Assembly (NCBI RefSeq): GCF_963921235.1
Contig: NC_086097.1
Location: forward strand, 44,828,001-44,892,000
Source of the DNA: Mobula hypostoma
Lineage: Eukaryota
Length of the DNA stretch: 64,000 nucleotides
Direction: 5' to 3'
Part shown: piece after piece, positions 1 to 13,918 of the stretch
How the letters are laid out: every line of letters starts with the position of its first letter
Position numbering within the stretch: position 1 is the first letter of the stretch
Position numbers and translations under genes: made by a program
The notes under the pieces: generated by a model
Told to the model about the DNA's origin: nothing
The model's database searches: none
What the model saw: the letters and a program-made list of their open reading frames with translations, nothing else

Positions 1-1951
1 ATTTTGCAGTTTCTTCAAATGGCCTGAATTTAATGAGTCTTTAAGAAAATTGTTCAGTAGTTGAACCAATGATGCCCAAAAATGCTCTGAATGTCTGTCT
101 TTTCAGGAATTTCAATTGTCATGTTTTATCTAGGTTTGCAAAATATTCGGCACTATATTTAAATAAATCCAGTTTGATTTCAAGGGTTACATTATCAAAT
201 ATAATATCAGGTGTTCTGCCTGATCCCTGCAACTGACGTTCAAGTCATTTAAATGTGAGGAGAAATCTGCAAAAAACATCAATCTACAAATATACACAAT
301 GTCATATAATCCTTGTCAAAAAATGTTTTCATTCATCTAAGACAGGTGAATTTTATCCAAACATTCAATTCACCTAAGGACAGAATCTCCATTAAGTTAA
401 CGAACATTGTTATACATAAGTAGTCCTATGTACACTGAATTCACCTTCCTTATTAAATTCAGAAATTGTTTATTTTTCAAAGCATGCCCAGAAATAAAAT
501 TAATTTCCTTGGTTACAATTTTTCTTCTTCAAGTTCCTTAAGGCCAGATTTTGCTTGTACTATACAATGAAAGTCCATCAGTGGAAATTAGACTTGAAAA
601 CAGATTGATTCAACCTGCCTCTTTATCAAACACGCTACATGCACCTTCAGCTGTCAGGCAATGTATTTTTGAAAGGTTAACTGTTGATCAGACAATTCTT
701 TTACCACTACTTTAGATATTTCAAATGCTGTGGTGTGTGCAGGTAGCGTTACCAAGAAGACCAATTCTTCGCATATGTCATCATGCCTACAAAATCGAAC
801 AATAATATCTACCCTAGCTCTCATCAAAACAAATGAAAAAAAAATACATGAACTAATATCTCATTTTAGAATCTAGGATTTTATTCTATATCTTATGGTC
901 TTATGCTCTAATATCTTTTGTTAGTTGTTCTGCTAAGTTTGTTCTCTTCATTAATATTCTATCTTTTACTGTTTTCTGCTCACTGGCAAATTCCTAATGT
1001 GCTGAATAATTCTTATTTTTCTGGCAAAAGGCAAACCATCAAAAATGAAAGGAGCACACTCTAGCCATGATTATTCAAAATAATATTTCCCAACACTGAT
1101 GGATTTCCATGTTTCCATGTAGAGCTTTGAAACCTCAAAGCTAGCAGCAACTGAAATAAATGTCGACAAAATATTTGACCATATTTTTTGATGCTGATCT
1201 CTCAAGAAATGTGTTTTCTTTTTTAACTCTTGCTCACTTTTATCACAAAGCCATTTACGAACAGTTTCATAAAGCTGCTTTCACATCGCTGTTTCAGAAC
1301 ATAAGATTCAAAATGTTTCATTATCCTTTTTAATCATATCAAATCTTTCTCTCCACTACTCTTGAAACTCTGTTGCTTTTCCCGCCATTTGAATGTTTTT
1401 GGTTTTTGCTGGTGTATCTGACGTTCTGAACAAGTTTAAAAGGATAAACACAGTTTTAAAATATCACACAGGTAAACTTAAATAACATTTTATTATTAAT
1501 ATAATTATGTCTATTGTGTAAAAAGTAATTGTTCATTGAGGTACTAAACTATATACAATTTTTACCATTATTGTCACTGAATATCAGCTGTTCACTCACA
1601 AACAACAAAAGAAAAAAAATAATCAGAACGAAGCCAATGCAAACTGGCCCAACTATTTACTATCCAAGTACTGATGTATACACCAGGACTGTGAGGAATT
1701 TGCACATATCAGTCGATGTCACATGTTTCTGCAACCATCTGGTTGTTGCCAAGTTGGGATGAGATGTTTCCTGTGAAAACATATCACTGCTCTTCAGTTG
1801 TAAAAAAATTGTTGCTTGATTTGGCTGTAAAAATATTCAGCATGTACTTTTTTATTATAGGTGGGGTTTAAAGAATCGAAGGATGGCACTGCATGTCATA
1901 TGCCAACAAAACTTCTGTGTGTGCCATCTTGCCTTAGATTCACTAAACCTG
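1..1951 (-). mobile_element. Ancient hAT (Charlie/GTF2IRD2-like) DNA transposon, decayed transposase, runs off the window start
   Basis: Minus-strand remnants read WRERFDMIKKDNE, VAASFEVSK, WLECAP, AKSGLKELEE and VNSVYIGLLMYNNVR with many stops and frameshifts. CAGG-starting terminus near 1951 abuts ctctag, a Charlie-like target. Confidence 0.7.
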
Positions 1952-3130
1952 CTCTAGGAAGAACAACCCAGGTTTGTCCAACCCTTCTTTATAGTTCATG
2001 CACTCCAATCTAAGCAACATCCTGGTAAATTTCTTATATGGCTGCAGCATGACTTCCTTTCTCTTATACTCAATACACTTACCAATGAAGGCAAGCACAC
2101 CACAACATATACATTCCTTACCACCCTATTCATTTTTGCAGTTACTTTCAGTGAACTATGGACTTGGATATCAAGATCCCTCTATGCCTCAATGTAATTA
2201 AGGGTTCTGCCATGAAGTGTTTCATTTCATCTCACAAAGTGCAACACCTCACACTTGCCTGGACTAAACTCCATCTGCCATTTCTCTGCCCATGTTTGTA
2301 ACTGATCTATATTCCACCACATTAAAGGAAGGATGTGCAAGCTTTAGAGAGGGATGCTGTCTGACTAGATGAGGAAAGGTTGAACAAGCTAGGGCTTTTC
2401 TCTTGAACAAAGGAGGATGAGAGGTGCCTTGATAAAGGTGTATGAAATGGTAAGAGGTTTAGATGGAGAGGAAAACCAGTACCATTTTCCCAGGGTGTCA
2501 ATGGCTAATACGAGAGGGCATAGTTTTAAGGTAACTGGAGCAAAGTATCGGGAAGATATTAGAGGCAGATTTTTTTATACAGAGAGTGGTAAGTGCAGAG
2601 AACATACTGCTGAGGGTAGTGGTAAGACACACATACATTAGGAACATTTAAGAAATTCTTAGATAGGCATGTGAATGAAAGAAGAATGGAGAGCTATGTG
2701 GAAGGAAAGGGTTAGATTAATGTTGGAGTAGGTTTAAAGGTCAGCACCACATGATGGGCCAAAGGGCCTATACTGTTCTGTGTATTCAGTGATAGTGTTT
2801 TACACTGCCCACAACTCCACCAACCTTGGTGTTATTGCAAGTTTGTAAATCCACCATCCACGTTTTCACCCAAATCATTGACATACTGTATATATCACAA
2901 ACAAGAGAGGTCCCAGAACTGATCCATTTGTGGAACACCACTGGTCACAGGTTTCTAGCAACAATTACGGCCTTACACTCCTACCCTCTATCTTCTGTGG
3001 GCAAACCAGTTCTGAGTCCAATTTACCCTAGATCCCACGCATCTGCATTTGCTGAATCAACCTACCATGAGGGACCCTATCAAATGCCTTACTGAAGTCC
3101 ATGTAGCTATCGCTCACATGCCTTACTTTC
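1952..3130 (-). mobile_element. CR1 LINE fragment (minus) interrupted by a plus-strand CR1 3' end at about 2321-2790
   Basis: EKWQMEF-type (ccatctgccatttctc) and MDFSKAFD-type remnants on minus. Inner ORF 2417-2641 (MRGALIKVYEMVRGLD) is a CR1 ORF2 C-terminus plus tail. Confidence 0.8.
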
Positions 3131-3593
3131 ATCAAGCTCCAAATACAACTCACATTTAAAAGATCAGTGGAATTCGCTGTATCAATGGCATGCGTCATTA
3201 CCCCAACACATCACATATGAGTAACTCAATAAAGGCAAAACTAAGTAGACCCGTTTCCCAGCTCCCATGTTTTTCTTTTGATTAGTTTCTGTACAACTTT
3301 CTCAAGAAAACTCAAAAACTCATTGGACCTCCCTGAATAGAATTGCCAGTGTACTGCTAATCTGTGGTGGGTTATTGTCACTTCTTATATCTGGAGATAT
3401 ATGTCTAGTTGGAATCCAACTGAAATATTCAAATCATTTCTCAACAGAAACTGACAACTTGCAAAGAGAGAGGGTATTGATTTTATCATTACGGGTGATT
3501 TCAGACTATGTTCCTAACTCTAAAGAACATCAAGCCAACTACTGCTTAATTGGCTTCATTCAATTAGAGACTAATATTTTGCAACTGGTAGTG

Positions 3594-4885
3594 AACATAG
3601 AACATACAGCAGTACGTAACAGTACAGGCCTTTCAACCCATGATGTTGTGCTGACTCTTTAACCTATTCTAAAATCAATCTAACCTTTCCCTCCCACGTA
3701 ACTCTCCAACTTTCTTTCATCCACGTGTCTATCTAAGAGTCTCTTAAATAACTCTAATGCATCAGTTTCTACCACCACCTCTGGCAAGGTGTTCCATGCG
3801 CCCACCACTCTGTGTAAAGAATCCTATTCCCCCCATACTTTCCTCAAAACCTCTTACATTTATGTCCCTGTATTAGCCATTTCTAGCCTACGAAAAAGTT
3901 TCTGGCTATCCACTTAATCTATGCCCTTATCATCTTATACACTTCTATAAAGTCACCTTTCATCCTGCTTTGCTCCAAAGAGAAAAGCCCTAATTTGGTC
4001 AAAATGCTTTCATAAGACATGCCCTCTAGTTGAAACAGCATCCCGGTAAATCTCCTCTGCTCCCTCTCTAAAGCTTCCAGATCCTTCCTATAATGAGACA
4101 ACCAGAACTAAACTGAACACTTCAAATGTGGTCTAACCAGAATTTTATGGAGTTGCAACATTACCTCATGGGTCTTGAATTGAATCATCCAACTAATAAA
4201 GGCCTTATGTCTCCTTAATCACCCTATCAACATGCGCTGCAAATTTGAGGGATCTATGGACATGAACACAAAATCCTATTGCTCCTTCACACTGTTAAGA
4301 ATTCTGCCATTAATCTTGCATTCTGCTTTCAAGTTTGACTTTCCAAAACAAATCACTTCACACTTTACCGAATTGATCTCATCTGCCACTTCTCAGTCCA
4401 AGTGTGCATCCTATCAATGCCCCGTCATAAATTACAACAATCTTCTACACTATCCACAACACCATCAAATTTATGCCATCTGCAAACTTACTATACCACC
4501 TTCCTCTTCCTTATCCAAGTCATTTATGAAAATCACAAACAGCAGGAGTCCCAGAACAGATCTCTGTGGAACATCACAGGTCACTGACCTCCAGGTAGAA
4601 TACATTCCATCTGCTACCACACTTTGCCTTCTATGGGCAAGTCAATTCTGAATGAACACAGGCAAGTTTCCCTGGATCCCATTCTTCCTGACTTTCTGAT
4701 TGAGCCTACCACGGAGGACCTTGTCAAATGCCTTACCTAAATCCTTATACACCACATTCCCTGCTCTGCCTTCATCAATATGTTTTGTCACTTCTTCAAA
4801 GAATTTAATCAGGCTTGTGAGGCATGACCTACCCCTCACAAAGCCATGTTAACTATCCCTATTCAGACTATGTTTCTCCAAATTG
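3594..4885 (-). mobile_element. CR1 LINE, 5'-truncated
   Basis: ORFs 4642-4839 (GRSCLTSLIKFFEEVT...GKAFDKV) and 3919-4101; gaacatagaacat tail at the left end. Confidence 0.9.
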
Positions 4886-5504
4886 GTACTGGCATTGTAT
4901 TTAGAAGCTCATGGCTTCAGGAAAATAAATTCTCTGAAATCTGATAAGATTGAGCTCTACTGTTGTTTCTTATAGGGTGCTATATAATCTTTTGTTCAAA
5001 AAAATTCTTCTAACCACATACTTCGTTCTTTATACAATGATCTTAAGTTACATTGTGGACACACTTAATAGATTTTTCTTATTTACAGTACATTGAAACG
5101 TATTTTAGGTTTTGTTATCATCTCTGTGGCAACGAAAATAACTTCAGCGCCTCTCATTTCTCCTCGCAGCCAAAGTCTCACATTCTTGGTATTAATTAAT
5201 CAAAATGATTCAAATTAACTTCATGACTGTGATATTCTGGAGTAGATTAGAAAAACTATATAAAATACTTTATTGTGTTAATAGTCTGAGCAACTTTAGC
5301 ACTAGCTTTATTTTTTACTATTATAGGCTAGCAATCACAAATACTTTTTAAAGCATCCTTTTGAATATATTTGCCTATCCAAATCCCCGGGTGGCTTGGC
5401 ACAGCTCAAATGGCACCTATACATTTTCTAATAAAACAACCATTGTAGGCAGAATTTCAGACAAAAGGACATGCAGGAGTGAGACATATTAGCTAATTGA
5501 CTAG

Positions 5505-5790
5505 TGTCATAGCAACAACCTTGCACTCAACATCACTAAGACCATAAAACTGATTGCGGACTTCAGAAAGGGTAGGATGAGAGAACACACACCAGTCCTC
5601 ATTGAGGGATCACAAGTGGAAAGACTGAGTAATTTCAAATTCCTGGGTGTCAATATCTCTGAGGATCTAACCTGGACCCAACATATTGATGCAGCTACAA
5701 AGAAGGCATGACAGCGACTGTATTTCATTAAGAGATGAGAAGATTTGGTATATCTCCAAAAACACTTGAACATTTCTACAGATGTGGAGA
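5505..5790 (+). mobile_element. Rex/Babar-type LINE RT fragment
   Basis: NNLALNITKT...DFRKG...FKFLGV motif series. Confidence 0.75.
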
Positions 5791-6094
5791 GATTTGAGAG
5801 ATTTCTGATTCTGACACTATGCAGTCATAATTTTTTTTATCGTATCAAAGGAGACTATTTGTTCTTTTGAATTGACACCAGTCAAAATTGGGGAATGGAA
5901 CATTCTCACAATCCATGCTGGCTGATGCATCTTTATCCCAAAGAGGATATTCCTTTTGTTCTCACCACAATTTGCTCTATTCTGTACCTTCAAGCTTGTT
6001 TTCTCATTTGTTCTAGTTTTGATGAAAGGACACCCAAAGAGTATTACTTTCTCCATAGATTCTACTCAATATTTTACTTCTATTATTATTTTTT

Positions 6095-6540
6095 TAGTGA
6101 GATGCAGCGTGGAACAGGCCCTTCAAGCCCTACCACCCAGCAATCCCTGACTTAACCCAGCCTCATCACCGGACAATTTACAATGACCAATTAACCTACC
6201 AACTGATACATCTTTGGACTGTGGGAGGAAACTGGAGCACCCAGAGGAAATCCATGTGGAGGGATATTCTTTTACAACATACTGTAGATGGGGAGGAATA
6301 TCTTTAGCTGGAAGGTGATGAATCTGTGAAATTCATTGCCACAGATGGCTGTGGAGGTCAAATCATAGGATATATTTGAGGCGGAGATTGATAGATTCTT
6401 GATTAGCCAAAGGGCGTCAAAGGTTATGGGGAGAAGGTGGAAGAATGGGATTGAGAGGAATATATCAGCCATATTGGAATGGCAGATCAGACCCGATGGC
6501 CAAATGGCCTAATTCTGCTCCCACGTCTTATGGTCTAAAC
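6095..6540. mobile_element. V-SINE fragment (minus, about 6095-6260) adjoining a CR1 3' end (plus, about 6265-6540)
   Basis: caatttacaatgaccaattaaccta...tttggactgtgggaggaaac matches the SINE core at 60506-60795 in reverse; CR1 tail ggccaaatggcctaattctgctcc. Confidence 0.7.
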
Positions 6541-6739
6541 ATGTGGGTTTGAGTCAGATTGAAGATCAGAATGATTTGCATAGTATTACCACCTGTGTTC
6601 TCTATTCCTGGTCAACATTTGGTGCTTTCTCCCAAAAGATCAAAAGAATGTCTGATATTGATATACTTATGGCAATGATTATAATTGATCAGGCTTAACG
6701 TTACAAATGATCATACTTGGCTGCATGGTGGAGGGAGGG

Positions 6740-9700
6740 AGAGGGCTCAAACTAGCATTACAGGGGAATGGGAGCCAGAGTGTCAGAACAGTTGGTGAAG
6801 TGGTTGTAGAAAAAGATGTTAAGCCTACATACAGTGTCAGGAGTCAAAAGGCTGAGCAAGGTGGGAATAGTGTTCTGAGCTGCATTTTTTCCAATGCAAG
6901 GAGTATTGTAGGAAAGGCGAATGAGCTTAGGACATGGATCAACACATGAAATTATGAGACTGCAGCCATTAGTGAGACTTGGTTGCAGGAGAGGCAGGAC
7001 TAGCAGCTCAATTTTTCATGGTTCCATTGTTTTAAATATGGCAGAGCAGGAGGGCTTACAGGGGGAGGTGTGGCATTACTCGTCAGGGAAAATGTCACGG
7101 CAGTGCTCAGTCAGGACAGACCAGAGAACTCATCCAGTGAAGTGTTACGGGTAGAACCGAACAATAAGAAAGGCATGAACGTGTTAACAGGATGATTATA
7201 TTATAGGCTACCCAACAGTCTGTGGGATCTAGAGGACCAAATTTGTAAGGAGATTGCAGCTTATTGCAAGAAACATAAGGCTGTAATAGGATGTGACTTT
7301 AACTTTCCATATATTGATTGGGACTCCCACACTGTAAGATGGCTGGGAGGGACAGAGTTTGTCAGATGTGATCAGGAAAGTTTCCTTAATCAGAACATAG
7401 CAGACCCAACCAGAGAGTGCGATACTAGATCTCCCATTAGGGAATAAGACAGAGAAGGTAAGAGAAATTTGCATAGGGGAACACTTTGCATCTGGTGATC
7501 ATAATGTCATTACTTTCAAGGTAATTATGAAAAAAACATAGGTCTGGTCCTTGTTGAATTTCTAAATTAGAGAAAGGTCAATTTTGATGGTACCAGAAAG
7601 GATCTGGCAAGTGTGGATTGGGACAGGTTGTTTTCTGGCAAAGGTGTACTTGGTAAGCAGGAGGCCTTCAAAAGTGAAATTTTGAGAGTGCAGAGTTTGT
7701 ATGTTCCTGACAGAATAAAAGGCAAGAATAACATGTTTATAACACCTTAGTTTTCGAGAGATATTGAGGACCTGGTTAAGAAAAAGGATGTGCATAGCAG
7801 GTATAGGTGAGCAGGAAGAAATGAGGTACTTGAGGAGTAAAAGAAATATAAGAGAACACCTAAGAAGGAAATCAGGAGGGCTAAAAGAAGACATGAGTTT
7901 GCTCTAGCAGACAAAGTGAAGGAGAATCTTAAGAGCTTCTACAGATATACTAAGAGCAAGGATCAAAATTGATCCACTGGGAGATCATAGTAGCAGTCAA
8001 TACGTGGAACTGAAAAATGGAGATCTTTAGATGTGAGGAAATGTAGCAGTGAGGTCATGGACCCTGTGCAGATTACAGAGGAAGGGGTTTTTGCTGTCTT
8101 GAGGCGAATTAAGAGGATACATCTCCAGGACCTGACAAAGAGTTCTGTCTGATCCTGTGGGAGGCAGGTGCAGAAAATTCAGGGGCCCTGGAAGAGATAC
8201 TTAAAACATTCTGAGCAAAGGGTGAAGTGCTGGAGGATAGCTAATGTTGTTCTGTTGTTTAAGAAAGGCTCTAAGAATAGGCCAGAAAGTTATAGACTGG
8301 TGAACCTCACAGTTATTGGAAGGTACTCTAGGGACCAAGTACATTAGAATTTGGATAGGCAAGGTCTGATTAGGGATAGTCAACATGGCTTTGTGCGTGG
8401 TAAGTCATACTTAACCAAACTTATAGAGTATTTTGAGGAAATTACTGGGGAAGTCGATGAAGGCAATGCAGTGGATGTTGTCTATATGGACTTTAGCAAG
8501 GCCTTTGACAAGGTCCTGCATAGGAGGTTGGTCAAAAAGATTCCATTACTTGGCATTCAAGATGAGGTAGTAAATTGGATTACACAATGGCTTCACAGAA
8601 GAAACCAGAGGATGGTGTAGATGGTCGCCTCTCTGACAGTCTCTCTGTTACTAAAAGTGTGTCGCAGGTATTAATGCTGAGTCCATAGATGTTTGTCATC
8701 TATATCAATGATCTGGATGATAATATGGTAAACTTTATCAGCAAATTTGTGGATGACACCAACATCGGAGGTGTATTGGGTAGTGAAGTTGACTATCAAA
8801 GCTTGCAGTTAGATCTGGACCAGCCAGAAAAATGGCAGATGGAATTTAATGCAGACAAGTGTGAAGTTTTGCACTTTGGGAGGAGCAACCATGGTAGGTT
8901 TTACACAGTGAGAGGCCGTGCACTGAGGAGTGCAGTAGAACAGAGGGATCTGGGAATACAGATCCATTATTCCTTGAAATAGTAGATAGGGTCACAAAGA
9001 AAGCTTTTGGCACTTTGGTCTCCATAAATCAATGTATTGAGTATAGAAGATGTTATGTTGAAGTTGTATAAGATGTTGGTGAGGCCTAATTTGGAGTATT
9101 GTGTGCAGTTTTGGTCACCTACCTACAGGAAAAATGTAAATACGGTTGAAAGAGTAAAGAGAAAATTTACAAGTACGTTGCTGGGTCTGGAGGAACTGAG
9201 TTATAAGGGAAGATTGAATAGGTCAGGGCTTTATTCCTTTGAACGTAGAAGATTGCGAGGAGATTTCATATAGGTATACAAAATTATCAGGAGTATAGTT
9301 AGGATGTTGCATTAGGTTTTTCCACTAAGGTTGGGTGAGACTACAACTAGAGGTCATTGGTTAAGGGTGAAAAGTGAAATGTGAAATGTTTAAGGGGAAC
9401 ACAGGCAGGAACGTCTTCACTCAGTAGGTGGTTGCAGGGTTTATTTCAATATTTGAGATTAATTTGGTTAGGTATTCATGAGAGGAGTATGGAGGGCTAT
9501 GGCAGACATCCCACCCTGCAAAAACTAATTTCAGGGAGGTAGCCCATCAATTTGCGGGAGACTTTCGGGAGAGGTGGGATGTCTGCAATAGAGTAGCTCC
9601 TTAGCAGCTGGCCAGCTAGTTTAAATAATGTTAGCTATGCTAATGAACGAATGACACCTATTAAACTCACCTCAACATGTCTTTTACAGTCTTAACCCTC

Positions 9701-10135
9701 CATGGGCAATAGAAAAGTCACTGTTGCAAACAGTGCAGCGAGCAACACTGTCATTATTTTGACCCCTATTAGGCAGGGGTACACTTCAGTGTAGTCTGGG
9801 GTGACGTACGTTTTATATTTTTTTTGTAACACTCTGCCATGGCGCGCTCTCTCTCACTTTCTCTCGTGGTCGCTCACTCTCTCTCGCTTGCTTTCTCTCT
9901 CTTGCTCGCTTGCTTTCTCTCGCTCGCTCTCAAAAAAATTGATTTCCGTGATATTGTATATAATTTGTGGGCATCAGGGAGCCACCATTCACATGCGGGA
10001 GACTCCCGGAACTTCCAACAGAGGTGGGATGTCTGCTATGGTCCAGGTGCAGGTTGATGCAAGTAGTTAGATTAATTGCTCAGCATTGACCAGATGCACA
10101 AAAGGGGTTGCTTCTGTGCTGCAGTGTTCTATGAA
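6740..10135 (+). mobile_element. Near full-length CR1 ORF2 (APE endonuclease + RT), decayed, tail split by a MITE
   Basis: FSNARSIVGKANEL and DFNFPYIDW (APE); QHGFVRGKS, MDFSKAFDKV, SKFVDDT (RT); RPNLEYCVQFWSP (C-terminus). Confidence 0.92.
9503..10035. mobile_element. Non-autonomous DNA transposon (MITE) with 13-bp TIRs
   Basis: cagacatcccacc ... ggtgggatgtctg flanked by ctatgg on both sides (9497-9502, 10036-10041). Removal restores the CR1 tail gagggctatggtccagg. Confidence 0.85.
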
Positions 10136-10554
10136 TTGAATCAGATTCTGATTGTCTGAGATTGGACCTAGTTTAGATTAGTTTTAATTTAATTTCCAAG
10201 CAGACTTCTAATATCAACTCATGACTTTCAAGTAATTGATAAATAATCTTTATGCTCTGAGTGCATGGCCTTTCGGAACTCCAGAACTTGAGCTCATGAT
10301 GAAGGTTGACACTTTGGAGTAAGACAGTGTTGTGGAAACTGACTTAGAGAGCTCAGCAGGACAGATGTGAGAAGGATGACTGAGAAATCTAGAAATAGTG
10401 TCACAAGCTTAAAATAAGGGGTGGGCCACTTAAGACTGGAAATGAGGAGAAATTTCTTCATCTGGAGGGTCATGTATCTTTGCATTTCTCTCTAATGCAA
10501 AGCTATGCAGGTTTAGTCACTGCTTGCATTGCATTCAAAACAGAGATCGATAAA

Positions 10555-11100
10555 TTTCCCTCAATGTCCCATTCTGACATGTCCTCTACTGCCATGACGA
10601 GACCACTCTGTGCTTGGAGGAGCAACATCTCATAATCCGTCTGGGCAGCCTCCAACCTGATGGCATGAGCATTGATTTCTCTAACCTCCATAATTATTCC
10701 CCCTCCCTTCGTGTTCCATGTCCTATTCTGGCTGTTCGTTCACCTTTTATCTTCTTCTCACCTGTTTTTCACTTTCCTTGGTGTCCCTCCTCCTTCCCTT
10801 TCTCCCATAGTCCACTCTCTTCTCCTATTTGATTCCTTCTTCTCTAGCCCTTTACCTTTTCTACCTAAGACCTCCATGCTTTTTACTTCCTTCCCCCACC
10901 ACTTGGCTTCATTTATCACCTTGTATTTTGTACTCCTTAACCCTCTTATTTTCTTAGTCTGGCTTCTTCCTGCTTCCTTTCCAGTCCTGATGAAGGGTCT
11001 TGGCCCAAAACATCGGCTGTTTATTCATTTCTGTAGATGCTGCCTAACCTGCTTCATTGCTCCAACATTCTGTGTGAGTTGATCTGTAGAATCTCTTGTG
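10555..11100 (+). mobile_element. Penelope-like element 3' fragment (GIY-YIG end + pLTR)
   Basis: LEEQHLIIRLGSLQPDGM, homologous to the end of the element at 12225-13918; degenerate hammerhead core near 10987-11015. Confidence 0.8.
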
Positions 11101-12224
11101 CTTTTGAACTACCTCACTTTCTAAAATATTATTTCTGCTTTTTGCACGATTTCAAATCTATTCAATATACGCATACCGTAATTGATTTACATATTTATTT
11201 ATTATTATAGCCACAAATTATTTATTTATTTTCTTCTTCTATATTATGTATTGCATTAAACTGCTGCTGCTGAGTTAACAAATTTCATGACATATGCCAG
11301 TGATAATAAACATAATTCTGATAAGTCTGGATATTAGATAAATCAAATATGGGAATACAGCAGAAGGAAGGTAATGAAATAGAATGAACTTGCTGAATAG
11401 TGGCCCACTCCTACTTTTTTAATGTTCTAATGACTACATTCTGTATATACAATACACTAATGTAAGCTCTTACTTTCTTGTATAATATAAAAATACACAA
11501 GATATTTGCAAAACAGGAAGGACTGATGTCTACAATGAACAATGGCACACTTTTTGGTTAGATCAATTCTAGATATGTTTTAATGCTCCCAAAGCTAATG
11601 ATTGCTTTGGCAGATGGGAAACCTTTCAACATCTCTATGTTCGACCTGAGTTCATACTTCATTATAACATGCTACGTAAGTCCTGTTGTTATAATTGTTT
11701 GCTGGAAATGTCAGTAACTTTTGTCACCCGTATTAAATTAGTGCTATAGTATTGATCATCTGCAATGGATCTATCCCATTGATTAATTCTGCCACTTTAT
11801 TAAATAAGTAAAACTATTCTGCTCCATTAGATCCAAAATTTAAAGCAGTAAGAATAATATGCATTATATTTAAACTCAAAGAGAAACAAAATGGAAATAC
11901 CTAAGACAAAGTAAATAGCTGAGAAGTTAGGAATTTAAATAATTTTAATCAATTAACTAATTAGTCCATTTTTGGAACATTTAAAGTCAACTATATAATT
12001 TACCTGGGCCAATTCATTGCAGTGCATTGGGATTGCACTTTAAACTGCAATTCCAATGCCACAGGGCAAGAGCTGTACTTTCTGGCAGCACTTCAATATA
12101 AGGTAAGCATCATGGGCCCTCTTATTTCCTACAGGAATTTCTTGGTTGCACGTAGCTGAACAACAAACATGTCAGCTCTAGCCTGTAAAAGAACTTTTCA
12201 CAAAGGAACATGCCTCTTAAATCT

Positions 12225-13918
12225 CAAACATGAGGAATTCTGCAGATGCTGGAAATTCAAGCAACACACATCAAAGTTGCTGGTGAACGCAGCAGGCCAG
12301 GCAGCATCTCTAGGAAGAGGTGCAGTCTTCGGGCCAAGACACTTCATCAGGACTAACTGAAGGAAGAGCTAGTAAGAGATTTGAAAGTGGGAGGGGGAGA
12401 TCCAAAATGATAGGAGAAGACAGGAGGGGAGGGATGGAGCCAAGAGCTGGACAGTTGATTGGCAAAAGGGATATGAGAGGATCATGGGACAGGAGGCCCA
12501 GGGAGAAGGAAAAGCTGGGGGGGGGGACCCAGAGGATGGGCAAGGGGTATAGTCAGAGGGACAGAGGGAGAAAAAGGAGAGAGAGAGAAAGAATGTGTGT
12601 ATATAAATAAATAACGGATGGGGTACGAGGGGGAGGTGGGGCATTAGCATTAGTTTGAGAAGTCAATGTTCATGCCATCAGGTTGGAGGCTACCCAGACG
12701 GAATATAAGGTGTTGTTCCTCCAATCTGAGTGTGGCTTCATCTTTACGGTAGAGCAGGCTGTGGATAGACATATCAGAATGGGAATGGGATGTGTAGCCA
12801 CTGGGAGATCCTGCTTTCTCTGGCGGACAGAGCGTAGGTGTTCAGCAAAACCATCTCCCAGTCTGCATCGGGTCTCGCCAATATATAGAAGGCCACATCG
12901 GGAGCACTGGATGCAGTATATCACACCAGCAGACTCACAGGTGAAGTGTCGCCTCACCTGGAAGGACTGTCTGGGGCCCTGAATGATGGTAAGGGAGGAA
13001 CTGTAAGGGCATGTGTAGCACTTGTTCCGCTTACAAGGATAAGTGGCAGGAGGGAGATCAGTGGGGAGGGATGGGGGGGATGAATGGACAAGGGAGTTGC
13101 AGGGGCGGGGGAGGGAAAGATGTGCTTAGTGGTGGGATCCCATTGGAGGTGGCAGAAGTTACGGAGAATAATATGTTGGACCCGGAGGCTGGTGGGGTGG
13201 CAGGTGAGGACCAGGGGAACCCTATTCCTAGTTCCTAAGGGGGTGGTGGGAGGATGGAGTGAGAGCAGATGTGCGTGAAATGGGGGAGACACGTTTGAGA
13301 GCAGAATTGATGGTGGAGGAAGGGAAGCCCCTTTCTTTAAAAAAGGACATCTCCCTCATCCTGTAATGAAAAGCCGCATCCTGAGCGGTGGAGACGGAGG
13401 AATTGCGAGAAGGGGATGGCATTTTTGCAAGAGACAGGGTGAGAAGAGTCCAGATAGCTCTGAGAGTCAGTAGGCTTATAGTAGACATCAGTAGATAAGC
13501 TGTCTCCAGAGACAGAGACAGAAAGATCTAGAAAGGGGAGGGAGGTGTTGGAAATGGACCAGGTAAACTTCAGGGCAGGGTGAAAGTTGGAGGCAAAGTT
13601 AATGAAGTCAATGAGCTCAGCATGCGTGCAGGAAGCAGCGCCAATGCAGTCATCGATGTAGCGTAGGAAAAGTGGGGGACAGATACCAGAATAGGTTTGG
13701 AACATAGATCGTTCCACAAAGCCAACAAAAAGGCAGGCAGAACTAGGACCCATACGGGTGCCCATAGCTACACCTTTAGTTTGGAGGAAGTGGGAGGAGC
13801 CAAAGGAGAAATTATTAAGAGTAAGGACTAATTCCGCTAGACGGAGCAGAGTGGTGGTAGAGGGGAACTGATTAGGTCTGGAATCCAAAAAGAAGCGGAG
13901 AGCTTTGAGACCTTCCTG
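12225..13918 (-). mobile_element. Penelope-like retroelement (RT + GIY-YIG), 5'-truncated, 15-bp TSD
   Basis: RT motifs QTKGVAMGTRMGPS and LRYIDD (ORF 13337-13888); GIY-YIG GVIYCIQCSRCGLLYIGET (ORF 12670-12957); atgcctcttaaatct at 12210-12224 and 13919-13933. Confidence 0.93.

Noticed and set aside
753..786. 34-nt exon-like segment (tttgtag|GCATGA...CTTG|gtaacg, minus)
   Set aside because: Lies colinearly within the decayed hAT transposase and is not frame-preserving for EVL.
1660..1770. Minus-strand acceptor gttttcacag followed by short reading frames
   Set aside because: All frames stop quickly; inside the putative hAT 5' region.
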